This document shows, one piece after another, positions 10,367 through 17,424 of a stretch of 20,000 bases of DNA (positions are counted from its first letter, which is position 1; the number at the start of each line of letters is the position of its first letter). Origin of the DNA: an uncultured virus (IMG/VR IMGVR_UViG_3300042377_000720) (lineage: Duplodnaviria; Heunggongvirae; Uroviricota; Caudoviricetes); IMG/VR virus record IMGVR_UViG_3300042377_000720. One strand, given 5' to 3'. The notes beneath the pieces are model-generated. The model made no database searches. It was not told the DNA's origin and worked only from the letters and a program-made list of their open reading frames with translations. Both the position numbers and the translations under genes were made by a program.

Positions 10367-12532
10367 ATGAGTTTTCTAAGTAAAAATAATTCGGAGTTCC
10401 TATCAGCAAGAATAACCCAAAAGGGAAGAAATTCTATTGCCAAAGGAAATTTTGTAATATCATATTTCCAAATTGGGGATTCTGAGTTTGATTACACAAA
10501 TCCATTCACAGGATTAACGGGTTTAGGTGGTGTTCAACACCAATCAGTATTCTCACCATTTGATAAAGAAGGTGGGGTAAAATACCCATATAAAATAGAT
10601 TCATCTGATACCTCAACAACGTATGGTATTCCTATTGATATGTCAGTAACTGACATTTTAAGAAATGTAATGGGACCTGCGGGATTCGTTAGTAATTACG
10701 AAGAATATGATAGTGTTGCATGTACAGGAACAACAATCCAATGTACAACACAATCAATCCCATTATCGGGAATTACAGGAACAACAAGTATAATTGTACC
10801 AACAGGTTCAAGTTTTAGTGACTGTGAATATATTACGGTGGTTTTCAATCAGTTCGGAGGTACCGACCCTAACTATCCTGTTATCACAGGACAAGCGTCA
10901 AGTTTAATTTATCAAGTAATCAGTGTAAGTGGAAACACAATCACGGTGGATAGAAATTTACCTAACTTCTCAGGATGTTCGGGTAATGTTCAGGTTATTT
11001 GTAATTCGTGTGAAAATGAATATCCTATAGATGCGGGAATTAGTCCGTATTGTAGTCCAAATGATATCGACCCATCACAACAATTAAATTCGTGGACAAT
11101 GAATATTGTATGGGATAAAAAACCAACCGGATTTGATGTTAATGGTTTAGATGAAAATCTAACTGGTTTCACAAGTAACAAACACGTATCAACAAAACAA
11201 TTTTTAGGTTATACCACAACAAGTGGTCAAACATGGGTAAACAGTACAGGTGGAACAATTACGGGTGTTACATCTTATTACAATTCATTTGACGAGAAAA
11301 TTATTGTTTCTCCCGAAGAACAAAGAACAATTGCGATTATTCATTATTCAGAATTGGGAGATTTAGTTAATGACCCTGAAAGATTTTATAAGTACGATGA
11401 TTACATCTCAACAAATAATGTTGAAGGTGATGCGTTATTGGAAGATGCCGATGAGAACACAATTACCGATTTAGAATATTTTGAGGTTTATATTCCGTTT
11501 GTTCAATATCACAGAAATACTGGAACCACAGTTGGTGCGTTATTTACAATGGATACTACCGATTACTATATGAAATCAAGTATTAACCCAACTCAATTAT
11601 TATTGTTCAGATATTTGTTAGATGAACAAGGTTATAAAGTTGGTAAGATTTACGTTAACAACAAAACAATTGTTTTTGACGACCAAGAACTTATTGCGGT
11701 ACTTGACTATAAATCAAATAGAAAATACACATTACCAGCACCTAAAATTAGTTTAATTCCGAGTGACACATCTACAGGAGAATCATTCTTCACAGGTTCA
11801 ACAACAGGACAAACTATTTGGGTAACATACATGTTCAATTACACAGGTGACACACAATTAAATGGATTACCATGTAATTATTATTCTAAAATTGAAGTAT
11901 TTGATGGTGACGAATGTTTAAAAAACCCATCTCAATTATTTGTTAAATTTGGAGAAGATAGTTTCCCATTCATGAATAACACAAACGTGTGTTCAGGAGC
12001 GTCATCAGGATTCATCGCAAACCAATTCCAAATTTTGGTACAAGTTACTGATACAGGTGAACTACCGATTCATGATAACTGGACAAGAATCAATTACACA
12101 TCACACATTTCGGGACATACGGTTGGACAATTAATTGACCCATTAGATATCACTAATGTTTCAATGAAAGTTACAAACGCAATGTATACAAGTGGTACAT
12201 TATATGATATTGAAAGTTATTTAGGTTTAGTTCCCAATGAATCTGATTCATTAACCGAACCTGGATTACCACAATTTGGTGATGAACAACCATTTCCGGG
12301 AAGTATTAGATTGGTTAGAGCAACTGACATAGAAAGAATGACATTTATGGTAAACTTACCATCATCTCAGTTCACAACAACACAAAATCCTACTTACCCA
12401 TCAGGTGCGGATAAAAGAATTACTGAAGTTGCCTTATTGAACAGTAATAAGGAAGTTATGGTGATTGCTAAAACCGCAAAACCAATTAAAAGAATTGGCA
12501 CACAAGTGTTTGGAGTAAGATTAGACTTCTAA
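10367..12532 (+). CDS. Putative virion structural protein (721 aa), baseplate/tail-collar-fibre-like termini
   Basis: N-terminal ARITQKGRNSIAKGNFVISYFQIGDSEFDY and C-terminal ITEVALLNSNKEVMVIAKTAKPIKR resemble the two conserved halves of phage tail-collar fibre (DUF3751-like) domains. Recognised by eye only. Confidence 0.55.
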   Translation: MSFLSKNNSEFLSARITQKGRNSIAKGNFVISYFQIGDSEFDYTNPFTGLTGLGGVQHQSVFSPFDKEGGVKYPYKIDSSDTSTTYGIPIDMSVTDILRNVMGPAGFVSNYEEYDSVACTGTTIQCTTQSIPLSGITGTTSIIVPTGSSFSDCEYITVVFNQFGGTDPNYPVITGQASSLIYQVISVSGNTITVDRNLPNFSGCSGNVQVICNSCENEYPIDAGISPYCSPNDIDPSQQLNSWTMNIVWDKKPTGFDVNGLDENLTGFTSNKHVSTKQFLGYTTTSGQTWVNSTGGTITGVTSYYNSFDEKIIVSPEEQRTIAIIHYSELGDLVNDPERFYKYDDYISTNNVEGDALLEDADENTITDLEYFEVYIPFVQYHRNTGTTVGALFTMDTTDYYMKSSINPTQLLLFRYLLDEQGYKVGKIYVNNKTIVFDDQELIAVLDYKSNRKYTLPAPKISLIPSDTSTGESFFTGSTTGQTIWVTYMFNYTGDTQLNGLPCNYYSKIEVFDGDECLKNPSQLFVKFGEDSFPFMNNTNVCSGASSGFIANQFQILVQVTDTGELPIHDNWTRINYTSHISGHTVGQLIDPLDITNVSMKVTNAMYTSGTLYDIESYLGLVPNESDSLTEPGLPQFGDEQPFPGSIRLVRATDIERMTFMVNLPSSQFTTTQNPTYPSGADKRITEVALLNSNKEVMVIAKTAKPIKRIGTQVFGVRLDF

Positions 12533-12535
12533 GAC

Positions 12536-12567
12536 TTTACTAATTGCATAATATTTCTTATATATTG
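12536..12567 (+). promoter_or_regulatory. Putative Bacteroidetes-type -33/-7 promoter
   Basis: TTTA at 12536, then TATATATTG from 12559, in the intergenic gap before ATG 12572. An imperfect match to TTTG-N19-21-TAnnTTTG. Confidence 0.4.
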
Positions 12568-12571
12568 TTAT

Positions 12572-13171
12572 ATGAGTATAAAACTAAAGAATGCACCCAA
12601 AATTTTGGGTTTAGACATTTCAACTAAGACCATCGGATGGGCGCTATTTGATATCGGTTCTTCTAAATTATTAGAACTGACACATTTTTCACCAAAAATT
12701 AAACCTCAACCCGAAGATAAAATTGAAGAACTTTTATTGAAGGCCGATGCGTTTAAAAAACAATTGGAGAACTACAGAGATGTTGGTATTACCAAGGTGG
12801 TGATTGAAGAGCCACTATTACAATCAAATAACATTTACACAGTTGGTACCCTTTTAAGGTATAACACATTGATTCTCAAGTCGTGTTATGATGTTCTTGG
12901 AGTACTCCCAACATTTATTTCAACTTACAACGCAAGGAAATTTGCATTTCCTGATTTGGTAAGTATGAACGATAAAGGTAGGAAAGTTTTATTTGGTGGT
13001 TTACCAAAAGACATTGATAAAAAACACGTTATATGGGAACACGTTAATGCGGTGTGTCCTGAGGTTGAGTGGTTATATGGTAAAACGGGACAACTCAGAA
13101 AAGAGAATTACGATATGAGTGACGCAGCAACTGCCGTTATCGGTCATGTTAATATGCAAAAAAGTTTATAA
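12572..13171 (+). CDS. ruvC: RuvC-like Holliday junction resolvase (RNase H fold)
   Basis: ILGLDISTKTIGWA (catalytic D), VVIEEP (catalytic E) and C-terminal DMSDA (two D) form the RuvC catalytic arrangement; 199 aa. Confidence 0.8.
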   Translation: MSIKLKNAPKILGLDISTKTIGWALFDIGSSKLLELTHFSPKIKPQPEDKIEELLLKADAFKKQLENYRDVGITKVVIEEPLLQSNNIYTVGTLLRYNTLILKSCYDVLGVLPTFISTYNARKFAFPDLVSMNDKGRKVLFGGLPKDIDKKHVIWEHVNAVCPEVEWLYGKTGQLRKENYDMSDAATAVIGHVNMQKSL

Positions 13172-13213
13172 TTAATTTTTTTTTATAAATCTTTTTACTT
13201 ATATTCTACAATA

Positions 13214-13282
13214 GTACTGAACCTATAGAAATATAGGTGTTAGTTACGGGTGGGGGTTTTGGTGTAACCTCCGCCCTTTTTT
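13214..13282 (+). ncRNA. Candidate small structured RNA (GAAA-capped hairpin plus terminator hairpin)
   Basis: ACCTATA-GAAA-TATAGGT (13221-13238) extends with bulges to 13214-13247 and abuts a second GC-rich hairpin with a U-tract. TATATTCT at 13200 could be a -7 element. Confidence 0.4.
13248..13282 (+). terminator. Rho-independent terminator
   Basis: GGGTGGGGGTT / AACCTCCGCCC 11-bp stem (two G-U pairs), 7-nt loop, followed by TTTTTT. Confidence 0.8.
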
Positions 13283-13289
13283 ATGCTCA

Positions 13290-13321
13290 TTTGGAAAATC
13301 CATTTTTTTTATTTATATTAT
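13290..13321 (+). promoter_or_regulatory. Putative Bacteroidetes-type -33/-7 promoter
   Basis: TTTG (13290-13293), 20-nt spacer with a T-tract, TATATTAT (13314-13321). Implies that the primase starts downstream of 13320. Confidence 0.5.
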
Positions 13322-13325
13322 GGGT

Positions 13326-14267
13326 ATGGCAACCCTTATTATGGAATACGAACCGATTATAGACATTCTTGAAGACATCTTAGGGGGACATCACATGCAC
13401 AACGACTACAAGGGTCAAATGTCATTTGATTGTCCTGTTTGTTCACATGATATCAAAGGTTTAGATGATGGTGATGGTAAGGGAAATTTGGAAGTAAATT
13501 ATCGTCGAGGTGTTTATAAATGTTGGTCTTGTGCAGAAACACATAACACATATGGTTCACTTTATAAGTTGATAAAAAAACACGGTAACGCAAAACATCT
13601 TAAAAATTATGAACTATTAAGACCTGAAGAAGATGAGGATGGAAATAAGAGAGTTTATAATAAAGTTCAATTACCAAAAGAATATAACTCGTTTGACAAG
13701 GCAAGTGCGGGATTAAAACTAACTCCACAATATAGACAAGCGTGGAATTATATTAAAAAAAGAAACATTACCGACCAAATGATTACCCGATATAACATTG
13801 GGTTTTGTTATGAAGGTCCATATGCATTTAGAATTATCATTCCATCATATGATGAATATTTCAAATTAAATTATTTTATTGCCAGGTCGTATCTGACAAA
13901 ACCTTATATGAAATATAAGAACCCCGAGGTTCAAAAAGAAATCATTATATGGAACGAATATAACATCAAATGGGAAGACCCCGTTTATATTGTCGAGGGC
14001 GCGTTCGATAGTATATTCTTACCCAACTCAGTACCAATGTTAGGTAAGTTCATGTCGGAACATTTATTTAATAAAATCTATGACAACGCAACTAAGGTGG
14101 TTATTGTGTTGGATGGAGACGCATGGAATGATGCTGAATTGTTATTCCACAAATTGAATTGTGGTAAGTTGATGGGTAAGGTATGGATAATTAAACTTCC
14201 AATAGAACAAGATATTGCCGACTTACAGGGTAAATTAGGTGATTACAAAGAATTTAAATTAGAATGA
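13326..14267 (+). CDS. DNA primase (zinc-binding domain plus TOPRIM), phage DnaG-type
   Basis: CPVC...CWSC zinc ligands, RIIIP, KYKNP, TOPRIM IVEGAFD and LDGDA. The start is uncertain (13320, 13326 or 13341); 13320 overlaps the putative -7 element. Confidence 0.88.
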   Translation: MATLIMEYEPIIDILEDILGGHHMHNDYKGQMSFDCPVCSHDIKGLDDGDGKGNLEVNYRRGVYKCWSCAETHNTYGSLYKLIKKHGNAKHLKNYELLRPEEDEDGNKRVYNKVQLPKEYNSFDKASAGLKLTPQYRQAWNYIKKRNITDQMITRYNIGFCYEGPYAFRIIIPSYDEYFKLNYFIARSYLTKPYMKYKNPEVQKEIIIWNEYNIKWEDPVYIVEGAFDSIFLPNSVPMLGKFMSEHLFNKIYDNATKVVIVLDGDAWNDAELLFHKLNCGKLMGKVWIIKLPIEQDIADLQGKLGDYKEFKLE

Positions 14268-15127
14268 TAGACTTAAAACAGATTGCTCAGGAGATGAGAG
14301 ATGCTCTTGAGATTAGAAGACAGGAAATGGAACTCACATTCATTGAAGAGGACCACATTTATTATATGAAGGATACCGATGGTGTTATTAAAAGTAACTT
14401 TCCTTCAGTTTCTAAAGTAATAAAGAATTTTTATGTACCATTTGACGCTGAAACAAAATCACTTCAAATGGCCAAAGGTGATTTAAATAAACAAAGGGAA
14501 TTACTGGAGCAATGGAAGGCATCGGGAGATTACTCAACCAATATGGGTAGTCGTGTTCACTATTTGTTAGAAACCGAAACCATCACAAGGTATGGAGACT
14601 ATAAACAAGTTAGAGAACCAATCTTTAATTGTGATAACAGTCAAATTATTAAGAGTGATTCGATGATTGGTGCTGGTAATAAGTTCTTAGATTTAATGAC
14701 CGAGAGAAATGCGGTATTATTAGACACGGAACTTGTACTTGGTGACCCTGAATTAGGTTACACAGGTCAACCAGATAAAGTGTGGTTGATGATGAACAAA
14801 ACACAAGATGGTTTTGGTATCGTTGTTACGGATTGGAAAACAAATCAACCAAAGAACTTTAAAATCCAACCTTACACAGGTAAGATGATACATCCGTTTG
14901 AAAATTATTACGATACGGCATTAACACATTATTTTATTCAATTACCATTATACGGTAAGTTGTTAATTAAAATGTTACAGGGTACTAAATTTGACCTAAC
15001 AAAATTATTGGGTTGTGTTGTTGTTTTATTAAAAGACGATGGTACATTTGAAGAGTTTAAGGTACCATTTGAAGTTACCCAATCAATATTACAAATGAAT
15101 GTTAAACAATACATGAAAAAGAAATGA
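14264..15127 (+). CDS. PD-(D/E)XK family exonuclease (RecB/Cas4-like phage nuclease)
   Basis: PSVS, GSRVH, E..L...GQPD, DWKT and QLPLY motifs. ATGA overlap with the primase. No four-Cys Fe-S ligand set is visible. Confidence 0.82.
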   Translation: MIDLKQIAQEMRDALEIRRQEMELTFIEEDHIYYMKDTDGVIKSNFPSVSKVIKNFYVPFDAETKSLQMAKGDLNKQRELLEQWKASGDYSTNMGSRVHYLLETETITRYGDYKQVREPIFNCDNSQIIKSDSMIGAGNKFLDLMTERNAVLLDTELVLGDPELGYTGQPDKVWLMMNKTQDGFGIVVTDWKTNQPKNFKIQPYTGKMIHPFENYYDTALTHYFIQLPLYGKLLIKMLQGTKFDLTKLLGCVVVLLKDDGTFEEFKVPFEVTQSILQMNVKQYMKKK

Positions 15128-15927
15128 TAAAAAAGATTATACATATTGCAGATTTGCACATTCGTACATATCAATACCATGAGATGTACAAGAGACAATT
15201 TGATTTACTATTGGAAGATTTAAAGGAACAAGTTTTGGATTATGACTATTCTGAAATTAGAGTTGTAATTGCTGGAGACATTGCACATCAAAAGATTAAT
15301 ATTTCAAACGAACAAATGATGTTAACCTCTTGGTTAATTAAAGAACTTGCCGATATTATTGGTAAAGTTATTATCATTCCGGGTAACCATGACTTCTTGG
15401 AGAACAACGTACAGCGTTTAGATAGTATCACACCTGTGGTTGAGTTATTAAACCACGAGGATATTAAATACTATAAAAATAGTGGAGTATATGAAGATGA
15501 CAACATCAATTGGGTTGTTTATTCATTATATGAACACAATCAAAAACCTGAGTACACAAAAGAAGAAGGTTTCTACGTTGGTTTATTTCACGGACCAATT
15601 CAAGGTCTGTCAACCGACTTAGGATTTGAATTTGAAAGTGCGTACTCACCATTAAACTTTGTTGATTTAGATTTACTTCTATGTGGTGATATTCATAAGA
15701 GACAAATGTTTGATTTACCCGGTGGAGGTAAGGCAATAATGATTGGTTCATTAATCCAACAGAACTTCGGTGAGACCGTAAACTACCACGGATATGGTAT
15801 TTATGATGTACCAACAAACGAATACACAACACGCGATTTAAAAAACGAACAACCATTCCTGCACTTCTCAATATCAGATATTGCAGACATAGAAAATGAA
15901 GAAGAAAATCTCCTTAACGTTAGATAA
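15124..15927 (+). CDS. sbcD: SbcD/Mre11/gp47-like metallophosphoesterase nuclease subunit (short, 267 aa)
   Basis: Phosphoesterase motifs HIADLH, AGDIAH, PGNHD, FHG, GDIH and GSLIQQNFGE. ATGA overlap. SbcC lies 1.5 kb downstream. Confidence 0.85.
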   Translation: MIKKIIHIADLHIRTYQYHEMYKRQFDLLLEDLKEQVLDYDYSEIRVVIAGDIAHQKINISNEQMMLTSWLIKELADIIGKVIIIPGNHDFLENNVQRLDSITPVVELLNHEDIKYYKNSGVYEDDNINWVVYSLYEHNQKPEYTKEEGFYVGLFHGPIQGLSTDLGFEFESAYSPLNFVDLDLLLCGDIHKRQMFDLPGGGKAIMIGSLIQQNFGETVNYHGYGIYDVPTNEYTTRDLKNEQPFLHFSISDIADIENEEENLLNVR

Positions 15928-16507
15928 CGACTTTCAACAATATTGTGATTTAAACAACATTGAAAACCCTGAGAAACTTGCCAAACAAGTATTCAATAAG
16001 GGGTTTTCGTTGTTGAAGTATGGTGAGACACCTAACGGGTTTAAATCAGAACCCACGGTTGTTGAAAAGGAGGTAATCAAAGAAGTTATTAAAGAGGTTG
16101 AGGTAGAGAAGATTGTTGAGAAGATAGTTAAAGTTCCTGTTGAAGTTATTAAGGAAGTAATCAAAGAGGTACCAGTTGAGGTCATTAGGGAAGTAATTAA
16201 AGAGGTAACCGTTGAAGTGGTTAGAGAAGTACCTATCGAAATAAAAGGTGACACTCAAGTCATTACAAAAGAAATAATCAAAGAAGTTAAGGTAGAGGTA
16301 CCTGTTGAGGTTATTAAGGAAGTTAAGGTTGAAAAAATTGTTGAGGTTATAAAAGAAGTAATCAACACAGAAGAAATTGACAAATTAACCCAAGAGAATC
16401 TTAAACTAACAAACGAATTGAATTCACTTAAAAGTTCCCTCGACAATATTGGTAAGAAGGGTACATTAATGCGTGGTAGTAATATGTCATCATTATATGA
16501 CGAATAA
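15896..16507 (+). CDS. Hypothetical protein with V/I-K-E-V(P) repeats and C-terminal coiled coil (203 aa)
   Basis: VEKEVIKEVIKEVEVEKIVEKIVKVPVEVIKEV... at about 16057-16365, then a heptad-like IDKLTQENLKLTNELNSLKSSL. Overlaps the sbcD end by 32 nt. Confidence 0.75.
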   Translation: MKKKISLTLDNDFQQYCDLNNIENPEKLAKQVFNKGFSLLKYGETPNGFKSEPTVVEKEVIKEVIKEVEVEKIVEKIVKVPVEVIKEVIKEVPVEVIREVIKEVTVEVVREVPIEIKGDTQVITKEIIKEVKVEVPVEVIKEVKVEKIVEVIKEVINTEEIDKLTQENLKLTNELNSLKSSLDNIGKKGTLMRGSNMSSLYDE

Positions 16508-16539
16508 TTTGGTTTAGTCAAATTTTTTTCGTATTATTT
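16508..16539 (+). promoter_or_regulatory. Putative Bacteroidetes-type -33/-7 promoter
   Basis: TTTG (16508-16511), 20-nt spacer with a T-tract, TATTATTT (16532-16539), followed by A-rich AAAAAAACTT-ATG. Confidence 0.5.
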
Positions 16540-16553
16540 TAATAAAAAAACTT

Positions 16554-16862
16554 ATGGCAACATTATTTTTATGGTCTTTTATGGCATATGGAATGACAAC
16601 AATACTTGTCTATGGTTCCATCTTTGAAAAATCAAGAGAGTGGATTAAACGAAATTCAAAATTCTTTGGAGATTTAATTTCATGCATGTTATGTACATCG
16701 ACGTGGGTCGGTTTCTTCATGTCAATAACCCTTGGTGGATTAACTACATCATTGGATATCCATTGGATACCATCAATTTTTTTCGATGGTATGTTTACTG
16801 CGGGTATTGTTTGGGCGATTAACGGAATCGTTGAGTTCTTCGAGGAGAGCAGAATAAAATAA
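16554..16862 (+). CDS. Small membrane protein, DUF1360-like, with CxxC
   Basis: Three hydrophobic segments. IFEKSREW...LISCMLCTSTWVG matches the L..CxxC.S.W pattern of DUF1360 proteins. Confidence 0.65.
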   Translation: MATLFLWSFMAYGMTTILVYGSIFEKSREWIKRNSKFFGDLISCMLCTSTWVGFFMSITLGGLTTSLDIHWIPSIFFDGMFTAGIVWAINGIVEFFEESRIK

Positions 16863-16896
16863 ACCACCATTGAGTGGATGCATTAGATTATGATTA

Positions 16897-17424
16897 ATGG
16901 CATTTATAAGAAGAAATTTTGATGACACTCTTGTTAGAGAATTTGGAATTAAATTTACAAAAGAACAGTTTGGTTTACTATTTGAAAACCACCCAAACAA
17001 AATTGCGATAGACCTAATCAACCCTGAAGATTACAATAAAGGAGTTGAGATGGAAGGAGGAGGATGGGAAGGTGATTTTTGGTTAAATGAGAAATATGTG
17101 AAGATTAGTAAATTAGATTTTGGTACAATTAATATCCCAATCAGGAAAACAAAATATTGGTATGATAAAATAAATGAAGTTTTACTTCCGAATAGGAAAA
17201 AAAATCTGTTTATTCGCACCAATAAAGACTTCACCCAAGCGATTGTAATTAAACCAACAACAATTAAGAACAGAAACAAAATACTGTGGACCGAGTTCCA
17301 ACCAAACAATAGTACTGAAGTTGAGAAGTGGATGTCATTCAGACAAGAACACGTAGACACATACGACTTGGTTGGTGGTAAATGGAAAAAACAACGAATT
17401 AAAAAGAAAAATGGCATACAATAA
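16897..17424 (+). CDS. Hypothetical basic protein, possible PD-(D/E)XK-fold endonuclease (175 aa)
   Basis: IDL...GVEME acidic arrangement, W.G.FW and INIPIRKTKYW; Lys-rich. The nuclease call is tentative. Confidence 0.5.
   Translation: MAFIRRNFDDTLVREFGIKFTKEQFGLLFENHPNKIAIDLINPEDYNKGVEMEGGGWEGDFWLNEKYVKISKLDFGTINIPIRKTKYWYDKINEVLLPNRKKNLFIRTNKDFTQAIVIKPTTIKNRNKILWTEFQPNNSTEVEKWMSFRQEHVDTYDLVGGKWKKQRIKKKNGIQ

Noticed and set aside
12572..13282. RuvC plus adjacent structured RNA as a TnpB/Cas12-like RNA-guided nuclease
   Set aside because: The protein is a stand-alone 199-aa RuvC fold with no REC/WED region or zinc ribbon, and there are no transposon ends. A resolvase is the simpler reading; a link to the RNA is unsupported.
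14264..15127. Cas4 and a CRISPR-Cas system
   Set aside because: No Fe-S cysteine set, no other cas genes and no array. The context is a primase/SbcCD block.
16864..16877. Small hairpin CCAC-CATTGA-GTGG after the membrane protein gene
   Set aside because: Only 4 bp with no U-tract; too weak to call.
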